NCBI GenBank assembly: GCA_963751455.1
Contig: CAVVUN010000009.1
Coordinates: 64,001 to 128,000 of the forward strand
Reading direction: 5' to 3'
Length of the DNA stretch: 64,000 bases
Source of the DNA: Nitrospirota bacterium
Lineage (GTDB): Bacteria; Nitrospirota; UBA9217
The position numbers were made by a program, and so were the translations under genes. The notes beneath the pieces are model-generated. The model was not told where the DNA came from. It saw only the letters and a program-made list of their open reading frames with translations, and made no database searches. Shown one piece after another: positions 40,699 to 50,052 of this stretch. The number at the start of each line of letters is the position of its first letter. Position 1 is the first letter of the stretch.

Positions 40699-41778
40699 AT
40701 GGAGGATGACACTCTTTACAAAAGTCTTAAGAAAAGGGGTGTATCGAGAAGGGAATTTATACAATTCTGTGCATCGATGGCCGCTACTCTGGCGCTGCCT
40801 CCTACTTTTGTAGCGACAATAGCAGAGGCCCTTGAGAAAGCCAAGAAGCCTACGGTAGTATGGCTCGAATTTCAAGACTGCTGCGGCGATACTGAATCCA
40901 TGCTGAGAGCATGGAAGCCGAGCATCGGGCAGCTGGTGCTCGATATCATATCCCTCGATTATCATGAGACCATCATGGCGCCGGCCGGCAAACAGGCCGA
41001 GAAATCGCTCTATGACGTGGTTAAAAATCAGAAAGGAAAATATCTCGTCGTTGTGGAGGGTGCGATACCGCGAAAAGACGGGGGGGTATATTGCACGATC
41101 GGAGGCAGAACCGCAGTACAGATTGCAAAAGAAGTGTGCGGCAATGCAGCCGCTTCCCTGGCTGTCGGGTCGTGCGCAGTATGGGGAGGCATCGCATCAC
41201 CGCGTCCCAACCCGACCGGAGCAGTAGGCCTTGAGGATGTTGTGGGCGGCGCGATCGTAAATCTCCCCGGCTGCCCGATGAATGTCGATAATGTTACTGC
41301 CACGATAGTCCACTACCTTACCTTCGGATCGTGGCCGCAGCTCGACAGCCGAAAGCGACCGCTCTTCGCGCACGGTGTCAGGGTCCATGATAAATGCGAA
41401 CGCAGGGCCAATTTCGACGCAGGCCAGTTTGTGAGGCAATGGGGTGATGAAGGCCACCGGAAGGGCTGGTGTCTTTATGAAATGGGCTGCAAAGGTCCTG
41501 AGGCATATTTCAACTGCCCAAGCGTCCGGTGGAACGAACATACCAGCTGGCCTGTTAAAGGCGGTCATGGCTGCATAGCATGCGCAGCGGATCATAACTG
41601 GGATAAAATGTCGCCAATGTATGCGAGGCTGCCCGGTGTTCCGGGATTCGGAATCAATAGTACTGCGGACAAAGTCGGGGCCGGCATAGCAGTAGCTACA
41701 GCTGCCGGGTTAATAGCCCATGGCATCGGAAGGGCTGCAGCGAAAAAGAAAGAACGGGATGAAGGAACGCCGGAGTAG
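40699..41778 (+). CDS. [NiFe]-hydrogenase small subunit 1
   Basis: Tat motif SRREF, FeS Cys motifs, C-terminal TM anchor; proximal motif QDCCGD. Confidence 0.95.
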   Translation: MEDDTLYKSLKKRGVSRREFIQFCASMAATLALPPTFVATIAEALEKAKKPTVVWLEFQDCCGDTESMLRAWKPSIGQLVLDIISLDYHETIMAPAGKQAEKSLYDVVKNQKGKYLVVVEGAIPRKDGGVYCTIGGRTAVQIAKEVCGNAAASLAVGSCAVWGGIASPRPNPTGAVGLEDVVGGAIVNLPGCPMNVDNVTATIVHYLTFGSWPQLDSRKRPLFAHGVRVHDKCERRANFDAGQFVRQWGDEGHRKGWCLYEMGCKGPEAYFNCPSVRWNEHTSWPVKGGHGCIACAADHNWDKMSPMYARLPGVPGFGINSTADKVGAGIAVATAAGLIAHGIGRAAAKKKERDEGTPE

Positions 41779-41866
41779 AGGAATAAAATAGAATTTCAAA
41801 TACTGTATTTGAATATTATATCCGGATTTAGATATTCGAGCTTAGTATTTTCTAAAGGAGGATCTC

Positions 41867-43574
41867 ATGGCAAAGATCGCGATAGATCCGATCACCAGGA
41901 TAGAAGGACACTTGAGGATCGAGGCGCAGGTCGAGGGCGGCAAAGTCGTGGATGCATGGTCGTCGAGCACCATGTTCCGGGGGCTCGAGATCATTGTGAA
42001 GGGGCGCGATCCCCGGGAGGCTTGGCTCTTCGTCCAACGCATCTGAGGGGTCTGAACCACGGTTCACGCCACCGCCTCGGTGAGAGCGGTTGAAAACGCA
42101 TTAAAGATCCAGATACCGGATAACGCGAGAATCATTCGAAACCTGATCACGGGCATTCAGTACGTGCAGGACCATGTTGTGCATTTCTACCATCTGCATG
42201 CGCTCGACTGGGTGGACATCGTAAACTCGCTTAAAGCAGACCCAACGAAAACATCTTCTCTGGCCCAGTCGCTCTCCGATTGGCCGAATTCCTCGGCGAC
42301 CTATTTCAAGGGCGTGCAGCAGAAGGTCAAGGGGCTTGCCGAAAGCGGGCAGCTGGGACTCTTTGCTAACGCCTACTGGGGCCACCCGGCCTACAAACTG
42401 CCGGCGGAAGCAAATCTTATGGCGGTTGCGCATTATCTCGAAGCTCTCGAATGGCAGCGCGATGTCATCAGAATGCAGGCGCTGCTTGGGGCGAAGAATC
42501 CCCATGCCCAGACGTATCTGGTGGGCGGGGTATCCATTCCTGTTGACCCAAGCAGCCAGGAGGCCCTGAACGCGGGAAGCATCGCGTTCATGAACGATAT
42601 ATCGCAGAAGGCTCTCGATTTCGTTCAGAGGGTTTACATCCCTGACCTACTCGCGGTAGCGTCCTTCTATAAGGACTGGGCCTCCTACGGCGGCGGCGTT
42701 GGAAATTATCTCTCGTTCGGCGAGTTCCCTAACGACGGGGAAAGCAACACCGCGAATCTGTGGCTGCCGAGGGGCATTATCAAAGGGAAAAACCTGGCGA
42801 AAGTCGAGCCTGTGGACCAGGCGAAGATCATGGAATACATCACTCATTCCTGGTATGAGTATAAGGAAGGCGACGCCAAATCGAAGCACCCCTGGGACGG
42901 GGAGACTGATTTCAAATATTCCGGACCGAAACCGCCGTATGAATTTTTAAATACGGACAAGAAATACAGCTGGGTGAAGGCACCGCGTTATGAAGAGGCA
43001 CCAATGGAAGTCGGTCCTCTTTCGAGAATGCTGGTAGCGTACGCATCCGGTCATAAGCAGGTTAAGGATGCAGTTGATATGGTCCTGAAGAAACTCGGTG
43101 TCGGTGCCGGAGCGCTCTTCTCCACGCTCGGCAGAGTAGCGGCACGTGGCGTGGAGACGCTGCTTACCGCTCAGATGCTCCCTGTCTGGATAGCACAGCT
43201 TGGCGAGAATATGAAAAAGGGAGAACTGCGGATCCACAACGGAGATAAATGGGACCCCTCGTCTTGGCCGAATGAGGCCAGAGGGTTCGGGTTCCATGAA
43301 GCACCCCGCGGCGCGCTCGGTCACTGGATCGTCATCAAGGACAAGGCGATCGCAAATTACCAGGCGGTCGTACCGAGCACGTGGAACGGATCTCCGCGCG
43401 ACGCAAAAGGCCAGGGGCCCCTGGGAGCAGGCGCTCATCGGCACCCCGGTAGCCGACCCGAACAAACCGGTCGAAATCCTGCGCACGATACATTCGTTCG
43501 ACCCGTGCATGGCGTGCGCGGTCCACGTCGTGGATATGGAAGGAAAGGAAGTGACGAGGGTAAAAGTGGCATGA
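41867..43574 (+). CDS. [NiFe]-hydrogenase large subunit 1; two in-frame TGA (codons 60, 63) in the L1 motif; frameshift near 43414
   Basis: MAKIAIDPITRIEGHL...QRI*GV*TTVH, continuous with ORF 42080+; C-terminal DPCMACAVH in shifted frame; AAGGAGG RBS. Confidence 0.88.
42063..42094 (+). promoter_or_regulatory. Putative bacterial SECIS hairpin
   Basis: TTCA-CGC-CACC[GCCTC]GGTG-AGA-GCG-GT-TGAA; loop begins with G, 18 nt after the second TGA. Confidence 0.5.
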
Positions 43575-43642
43575 CGGGAAAAAATGCCGACACGAAGCTC
43601 TCTCTTGTCGTGACTTAGAGTCTATTTTAACATGTTCTTTTT

Positions 43643-43714
43643 CGTCATGCCGGACTTGATCCGGCATCCAGAAAGTTATGAAAAGACCGGATTCCAGCTT
43701 TCGCTGGAATGACG
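43643..43714. repeat. REP-like double hairpin, same family as the intron target in pbpC
   Basis: CGTCATGCCGGACTTGATCCGGCATCCAG...GGATTCCAGCTTTCGCTGGAATGACG. Confidence 0.85.
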
Positions 43715-43779
43715 TTTTGTTTGCGTGATATAAATATAATTATAATTATACAGTCAGGATAAAGATAAGGAGGTGCCGC

Positions 43780-44445
43780 ATGCCTCAAAATACGAGAATA
43801 CGGGTGTACGCATGGGAATTTCCGGTCCGGTTCACGCACTGGATGAATGCGCTCTGCCTCGTGGCCCTCAGTATCACCGGGTATTACATCGCGTATCCGT
43901 TCATCCATGCTGTGTCGACCAGTCAGAACATCATGGGGTGGATGCGGTTTATTCACTTCGTGTCAGCGTACGTTCTCCTGATGATGATCATCATCAGGAT
44001 CTACTGGATGTTTGCGGGCAACCGCTATGCGAGCTGGAGGGTTTTTATCCCGCTTACAGGGCGTCAGTGGGAGGACATGTGGGCGGGGCTGAAGTTTTAT
44101 CTGTTCATGACGAGAAAGCCTCCCTACGCAGTCGGGCATTCTGCAATGGCGTCGATTACGTATCTGGCAGTCTTCCTCCTGTTCCTCTTCGAAATCGCGT
44201 CCGGCTTTGCGCTTTACTCACAGGGCAACAGGGGGTTCTTTAACGCTGTCCTGGGCGGCTGGCTTCTGGCGTTCATGAACGTGCAGACGATACGGTTGTG
44301 GCACCATCTCGTTATGTATTTTCTTCTGGTCTTCACAATCATCCACGTGTATATCGGCTGGTATCTCGACAGCGCCGAGAAGAACGGGGTCATGGGATCC
44401 ATATTCGGAGGCTATAAGTTCGTCACCGGAAAAGAGTGGGAATAG
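43780..44445 (+). CDS. Ni/Fe-hydrogenase b-type cytochrome subunit 1
   Basis: WEFPVRFTHW, RFIHF, RLWHH, IHVY. Confidence 0.94.
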   Translation: MPQNTRIRVYAWEFPVRFTHWMNALCLVALSITGYYIAYPFIHAVSTSQNIMGWMRFIHFVSAYVLLMMIIIRIYWMFAGNRYASWRVFIPLTGRQWEDMWAGLKFYLFMTRKPPYAVGHSAMASITYLAVFLLFLFEIASGFALYSQGNRGFFNAVLGGWLLAFMNVQTIRLWHHLVMYFLLVFTIIHVYIGWYLDSAEKNGVMGSIFGGYKFVTGKEWE

Positions 44446-44516
44446 GGGGGATAATGAATTGCAAATTGCAAAGTTAAAAGTGAAAAGATAATAATCAAAG
44501 AGCTGTACCGCGAGAA

Positions 44517-45068
44517 ATGAAAAAGAATCAAACAAAAAAATCTCAATATGTGACCGTCCTCGGACTCGGCAATATTCTCCTTTCCGATGAAGGCGTGGGT
44601 GTGCATGCCGCATGCATGCTGAGGAAAAAATATTCTTTTACTCCCAAGGTCGAGATCATTGACGGCGGCACAATGGGTCTCGACCTTCTACCGCTTTTTC
44701 AGGACCGAGATCGCATACTGATCATGGATGCAGTAGACTTCGGAAAGCCGCCGGGCCACATCGCAATGGTCGAGGGAGATGCTATCCCATCAGTACTCAA
44801 ATCAAAACTATCCGTCCATCATATCGGCCTCTCCGATCTGCTTCTAGCAGCAAAACTGACGCGTCATACCTCTCTTGAAATTTGTCTCGTGGGCATCCAG
44901 CCGCAATCCTTGGATATCGGTCTCGAATTAACGGAAGGGATCCGCACCGGGATGGACGTTTTAATCAAGAAGGCAGTTCAGAAGTTGACAGAATGGAATA
45001 TCAGCTGTAACGCTCGATCGGCACCTCACGAAGAAAATATCTCCAACCTTCTTCAATTGTCTTTATAA
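44517..45068 (+). CDS. Hydrogenase maturation protease 1
   Basis: LGLGNILLSDEGVGV, DGGTMG, DAV, SVHHIG. Confidence 0.94.
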   Translation: MKKNQTKKSQYVTVLGLGNILLSDEGVGVHAACMLRKKYSFTPKVEIIDGGTMGLDLLPLFQDRDRILIMDAVDFGKPPGHIAMVEGDAIPSVLKSKLSVHHIGLSDLLLAAKLTRHTSLEICLVGIQPQSLDIGLELTEGIRTGMDVLIKKAVQKLTEWNISCNARSAPHEENISNLLQLSL

Positions 45069-45378
45069 TAACCCCTTGATTTATAAACCCGCCTTTATCT
45101 GCCTCATTCTGATCAGTTCTGTCATATCAGGTCTAGAATCCTGGCTCCTCATGATCCATGCATATGCGAATTCTTATCGAATTATGGCCATATTCCAAAT
45201 TAAGATACAGTTTAACAATAACAAAAACTGATAAAAATATAAGTTTGACAAATAGGCTGCTGTATGCTATTGATAATCCGGCTGTAACCTTCTGCACCAG
45301 TTAGCAGTGTTCCTGGAAAAATAATAATCTGAACAATAATCGTTTCAGTGTTTTTTCGTCAATTAACCGACAAGGAGG

Positions 45379-46494
45379 ATGCTTATGGGTAAGAAAGACG
45401 AAGTAAGCAGCCAGTTTCTCGATGCGCTCGAGTTCCGGGGCATCAAACGAAGAGATTTTTTAAAGTTTTGTACTGCAACCGCCGCCCTTCTCGGACTTTC
45501 TGAATTCCAGGCCCCTCAAATAGCCGCAGCCCTGGAAAAGGCTGCCAAGAGACAACCTGTTGTCTGGCTTAATTTCGCATCCGATTCAGGATGCACCGAA
45601 GCATTCATCAAGGCAACCTACCCGAATCCAGCCCAAGTCATCCTCGATATCCTGAGCGTTGATTACAACGAAACCATTATGGCCGCGGCCGGCAAACAGG
45701 CGGAAGAAATACTTGCCTCATCAGCGAAGGCCGGCGGCTATATCCTGATCGTAGAAGGTGGCATCCCGACCAAAAAAGGGCACGGCATGATCGGGAACAA
45801 GGAAATGCTCGATGTGCTGAAGGAAATGGCAGCGCCCGCTGTTGCCGTGATCGCAATCGGCAGCTGCGCAACCGATGGAGGCGTGCCGGCCGCGAAGCCG
45901 AATCCCTCGCAGATCATTGGCACCGGCGAGGCGCTCAAGAAGGTCAATATCAGCAAGCCGCTCATCAATCTTGATCTCTGCCCCGTGAATCCGGAATACC
46001 TTGTCGGTGTGGTGGTCAATTATTTGCTTCTCGGGAAGATCCCGGATCTCGATGGCTTCGGAAGGCCGAAGATGTTCTATGGACAGACGATACACGACAA
46101 CTGTGAACGGCGGGCGCACTTCGACGGAGGCAGATTTGTCGATAAATTCGGCACTCAGGAAGAGGCTTTGGGTTATTGCCTGTACAAAATGGGCTGCAAG
46201 GGGCCGATGACCTATTCCGCATGTCCAAAGATCCAATACAATGACCGGACGAGCTGGTGCATCAAGGCCGGCGGGCCGTGCATCGGCTGCGCTGAGCGGG
46301 GATGGACGGACAAGTTTGCAGGGTTCTATGAACCCCTGCCCGGAGTGAAAATACCGGGTCTGGGCGGCGTGGAGGCAGGTGCCGATAAGATAGGGGCAGT
46401 TGCCGCAGCGGCCACGGCCGTCGGCATCGCGATTCATGCAGCAGCAACGGGAACTTCCGGAAGGACCAAAGAAAAAGACGGAGGTAAAAAATAA
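45379..46494 (+). CDS. [NiFe]-hydrogenase small subunit 2
   Basis: Tat KRRDF, proximal motif SDSGCTE, HDNCERR, CLYKMGCKG, CIGC. Confidence 0.95.
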   Translation: MLMGKKDEVSSQFLDALEFRGIKRRDFLKFCTATAALLGLSEFQAPQIAAALEKAAKRQPVVWLNFASDSGCTEAFIKATYPNPAQVILDILSVDYNETIMAAAGKQAEEILASSAKAGGYILIVEGGIPTKKGHGMIGNKEMLDVLKEMAAPAVAVIAIGSCATDGGVPAAKPNPSQIIGTGEALKKVNISKPLINLDLCPVNPEYLVGVVVNYLLLGKIPDLDGFGRPKMFYGQTIHDNCERRAHFDGGRFVDKFGTQEEALGYCLYKMGCKGPMTYSACPKIQYNDRTSWCIKAGGPCIGCAERGWTDKFAGFYEPLPGVKIPGLGGVEAGADKIGAVAAAATAVGIAIHAAATGTSGRTKEKDGGKK

Positions 46495-48086
46495 TGGCCA
46501 GGATAACCATAGACCCGATGACAAGGATCGAAGGACATCTGAGGATCGATGTCGAGATCGAAGGCGGCAAGGTAAAGGACGCATGGACAACCGGTACGCT
46601 GTTCCGGGGCTTCGAGATCATCCTGCAGGGAAGAGACCCGAGGGATGCCTGGCATATAACGCAGCGGATCTGCGGAGTCTGCCCGACGTCGCACGGCCAT
46701 ACCTCCTCCATGAGCATGGATGATGCCTTCAAGGTTAAACCGCCGGACAACGGCCGCATCATAAGAAATATCGTAGAAGGCGCACAGTTCGTACATTCCC
46801 ATATCCTCTGGTTCTATCACCTGAACGCTCTGGACTATGTCGATGTTGTCTCGGCCTTGAAGGCCCAGCCCAAAGAGGCCTCCCTCAAGAAAGTGCAGAA
46901 CAAACTCAAGTCCTTTGTCGAGTCCGGGCAGCTCGGCCCGTTCGCAAACGCATACTGGGGGCACCCTGCATACAAACTGCCGCCTGAGCTCAATCTCCTT
47001 GCTGTCGCCCATTATCTTGAAGCGCTGGAAATGCAGGCAAAGGCCGCCCAGGTGAGCGCGCTCTTCGGCGGAAGGATGCCGATGACGATGACGAGCCCAC
47101 CCGGAGGCGTAACCCATGTGCCTACAGTGGACGATCTCAAAAACTATCTCTTCAGGGTCAAGGAACTGCAGGACTGGATCGACAATGTTTACATCCCGGA
47201 TGTGCTCGCGATTGCGCCCTTCTACCTGAGCTACGCAGGCGTGGGAAAGGGCCACGGCAACTTCCTGTCCTGGGGTGTTTTTGAAGACGCTTCGTTCGAT
47301 CCCAAGAAACGGCTCCTGCCGAGGGGAGCCATATTCGCCGCTGATTTCCCCAAGGTGCATGATGCGAAGCCTGAGGACGTGACAGAGCATACATCCCACA
47401 GCTGGTACAAGGGTGGGAAACCGCTGAATCCGGCCGTGGGCGAGACGGACCCGGATTACACCGGGTACGATTCGAACAAGAAGTATACCTGGGCCAAGGC
47501 GCCCCGGTTCCAGAACAAGCCCATGGAAGTGGGCGCCCTTGCCAGGATGCTCGTGGCATATGCCACAGGACAGCCCACTGCCAAGAAGATGATCGACGAC
47601 ACGCTCGCGAAGATAGGGCATGCCGGGCAGCCGCAGGTGCTTCTGGGTGTGGTCGGCAGAATCGCAGCGCGCGCGCTGGAATGCAAAATGATCGCGGATG
47701 CGATGTACCAATGGGGCATCGACCTTGTAACGAACATAAAGAACGGGAATACAGCGGTCTATAACGATTACAAGATACCCGACAAGGCGCAGGGAATCGG
47801 TCTCTGGGAGGCGCCTCGCGGAGCGCTTGGCCATTGGATCGACGTCGAAGGCAAGAAGATCAAGAACTACCAGTGCGTAGTTCCGACCACGTGGAATGTC
47901 TGCCCCCGAGACGATAACGGGGTGCGCGGACCGATCGAGCAGGCGTTGGTTGGAACTGCCGTTGCCGACGCCAACAAGCCTCTTGAAGTGATGCGGGTAG
48001 TCCATTCCTTCGACCCGTGCCTTGCCTGTACGGTACATGTGATCCATCCCGAGTCGAACCGGATTATGGACTTCAAGGTCTCATGA
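46494..48086 (+). CDS. [NiFe]-hydrogenase large subunit 2
   Basis: RICGVC and DPCLAC (all Cys) plus cleavable C-terminal tail. Confidence 0.97.
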   Translation: MARITIDPMTRIEGHLRIDVEIEGGKVKDAWTTGTLFRGFEIILQGRDPRDAWHITQRICGVCPTSHGHTSSMSMDDAFKVKPPDNGRIIRNIVEGAQFVHSHILWFYHLNALDYVDVVSALKAQPKEASLKKVQNKLKSFVESGQLGPFANAYWGHPAYKLPPELNLLAVAHYLEALEMQAKAAQVSALFGGRMPMTMTSPPGGVTHVPTVDDLKNYLFRVKELQDWIDNVYIPDVLAIAPFYLSYAGVGKGHGNFLSWGVFEDASFDPKKRLLPRGAIFAADFPKVHDAKPEDVTEHTSHSWYKGGKPLNPAVGETDPDYTGYDSNKKYTWAKAPRFQNKPMEVGALARMLVAYATGQPTAKKMIDDTLAKIGHAGQPQVLLGVVGRIAARALECKMIADAMYQWGIDLVTNIKNGNTAVYNDYKIPDKAQGIGLWEAPRGALGHWIDVEGKKIKNYQCVVPTTWNVCPRDDNGVRGPIEQALVGTAVADANKPLEVMRVVHSFDPCLACTVHVIHPESNRIMDFKVS

Positions 48087-48099
48087 GAAGGAGGATGCC

Positions 48100-48738
48100 A
48101 TGACAAACCAAATGACAAAAGAGTGGAGCCTTGGCTACATCCTCGATCACTGGCTCAGGGTGGCAGCCATAGCTGTGCTTATTTTTACCGGCCTTTATAT
48201 TCACTGGCCGTTCATTCCGGGCGGGCCAGAAAGCTTCATCATGGCCTCGATGCGGTTCTTCCACTTTGTGGCGGCGTATGCGCTGATCCTGGGGCTCGTT
48301 CTGCGGGTATATATGGCGTTCCGGTCCACGTTCGATCCCGACTGGAAGGACTTTTGCGTAAGCGAAAACCTGAAAAACCTTCCGGACATCATGGGCTACT
48401 ATCTTTTTATAAAGAAGTCGCATAAAGACTACCGGAAGTACAACCCGCTCCAGGCACTATCGTATCTGTTTGTAGCCCTGGTTATCATATTCACGGCCTT
48501 TACCGGGGCGGCTATCTACCACGGAAGGCTGTTTATGGTATTTCCCCAAGACAGTTTCCGGTGGGTGAACTCGATGTTTGGCGGGGAGCCTTATACCAGG
48601 ATATGGCACATTCTGTCCATGTGGTTTTTTATCATCTTCATGCTGATCCATGTCTACATGGCGTTGATGATATCCTGGGTGAATAAAGACAGGACCTTTT
48701 CATCGATTTTCACCGGTTACAAACTGAAAAAAGATTAA
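48100..48738 (+). CDS. Ni/Fe-hydrogenase b-type cytochrome subunit 2
   Basis: DHW, RFFHF, KYNPLQ, RIWH, IHVY. Confidence 0.93.
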   Translation: MTNQMTKEWSLGYILDHWLRVAAIAVLIFTGLYIHWPFIPGGPESFIMASMRFFHFVAAYALILGLVLRVYMAFRSTFDPDWKDFCVSENLKNLPDIMGYYLFIKKSHKDYRKYNPLQALSYLFVALVIIFTAFTGAAIYHGRLFMVFPQDSFRWVNSMFGGEPYTRIWHILSMWFFIIFMLIHVYMALMISWVNKDRTFSSIFTGYKLKKD

Positions 48739-48740
48739 TT

Positions 48741-49247
48741 ATGATATTGAATGAAGAGTTGCGGGGAGGCGTCTCAGCGCTTCCCCGCAAAGTTTTGATA
48801 CTCGGTGTAGGCAACCTGCTCCTCACGGACGACGGCTTCGGCGTCCATCTGATCAATTCCCTCAAAGAAACGATTTTCCCGGAAAATGTATCCCTGCTCG
48901 AAGCAGGGACGGTCAGCCATCAGTTGGTCCCGCTGCTGCACGAGATGGACCACCTGATCGTTATAGATGCGGTTCAGGCCGGCGATGCGCCTGGTGCGCT
49001 GTTCCGTTTTTCGCCGGAGGATATCCGTTATCAGTCCGAGCAAATGGTCTCCTTGCACCAGATAAGCCTGATTGACGTTTTGCGGATGGCTGAACTTACG
49101 GGTCGAAAGCCGAAGACCGTCATTATCGGTGTCCAGCCGAAAGACGTTTCCTCGTGGTCGCTCGAGTTGACAGACGAACTCAGGGCGGTAATGCCCCGGG
49201 TCAGGGAACTGGTATTTGAAGAACTGAGGAAAATTGAGATCCTGTGA
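48741..49247 (+). CDS. Hydrogenase maturation protease 2
   Basis: LGVGNLLLTDDGFGV, DAV, SLHQ. Confidence 0.93.
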   Translation: MILNEELRGGVSALPRKVLILGVGNLLLTDDGFGVHLINSLKETIFPENVSLLEAGTVSHQLVPLLHEMDHLIVIDAVQAGDAPGALFRFSPEDIRYQSEQMVSLHQISLIDVLRMAELTGRKPKTVIIGVQPKDVSSWSLELTDELRAVMPRVRELVFEELRKIEIL

Positions 49248-49364
49248 CAGTGGAACACAAGGCAAGGGCGGGAATAGTATCCAAAGTCTTGACAGTTCCT
49301 CTCATATGTGCGATATATAAATTCAGGGCCTTACTTCGTTTAACGGTTAGATCGGACTGTTTCA

Positions 49365-49904
49365 ATGTGTCTTGCAATTCCCTCTAGAATTATCAGCATA
49401 AACAATTTATTTGCCACCGTTGACGTTTTCGGCGCCAGGAAAGAAGTGAGCCTCATGCTCATGCCCGAGGAGATCACGATCGGGGACTACGTCCTGGTCC
49501 ATGCCGGTTTTGCAATCCAAAAAGTCGATAAAGAGATCGTCGAAACGGGAAAATCCATGCACGAAACCGCTCTTGCACTCAGTATTCTGGATATCATAGT
49601 GGAAAAATGCAGTGAAGCAGGCGGCCGAACAGTCGATTCCGTAAGGGTCAGGATCGGGAAGGCCGCCGGCGTGCTGCCTGAGGCGCTTCAATTCGCGTTC
49701 GAGGCGGCAAAGACTACCACCGTTGCGGAAAAGGCCGAGTTGATCATAGAGAGTGTACCCGTGGGAGGGTCGTGCAATGATTGTAAAAAAGATTTTTCCG
49801 TTGACGACGTTCCTTATGTATTCGCCTGCCCGCTCTGCGGCTCCAAAGCGTTCGAGATCAAGACAGGACGCGAGATGGAAATCGTTGACATGGAGGTAAA
49901 TTAG
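49365..49904 (+). CDS. hypC-hypA: HypC-HypA fusion
   Basis: MCLAIP...GDYVLVHAGFAI then in frame MHE...CxxC...CPxC...GREM. Confidence 0.9.
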   Translation: MCLAIPSRIISINNLFATVDVFGARKEVSLMLMPEEITIGDYVLVHAGFAIQKVDKEIVETGKSMHETALALSILDIIVEKCSEAGGRTVDSVRVRIGKAAGVLPEALQFAFEAAKTTTVAEKAELIIESVPVGGSCNDCKKDFSVDDVPYVFACPLCGSKAFEIKTGREMEIVDMEVN

Positions 49905-50052
49905 CCCCGAAAATTTCACCGCGAAGACGCTAAGGACGCGAGGAAGTCTCTAAGGGCGGAAAGTATTATCTGCCGTAAAGATAGGTGTCCATGGTTTCCT
50001 CGCGCTCTTCGCGCCCTCGCGGTTAGTCCCGTTTTGCTCTTTGGAGGTTTTT

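Noticed and set aside
42044-42055. Genome-wide UGA reassignment (code 4 or 25)
   Set aside because: Many genes here end at TGA at the expected C-terminus, and Trp is encoded by TGG
46434-48047. 537-aa antisense ORF and similar long shadow ORFs (811-1842, 5839-6633, 9569-10387, 50886-51776, 57470-58366)
   Set aside because: They lie opposite well-supported genes, show no motifs and are expected from codon bias
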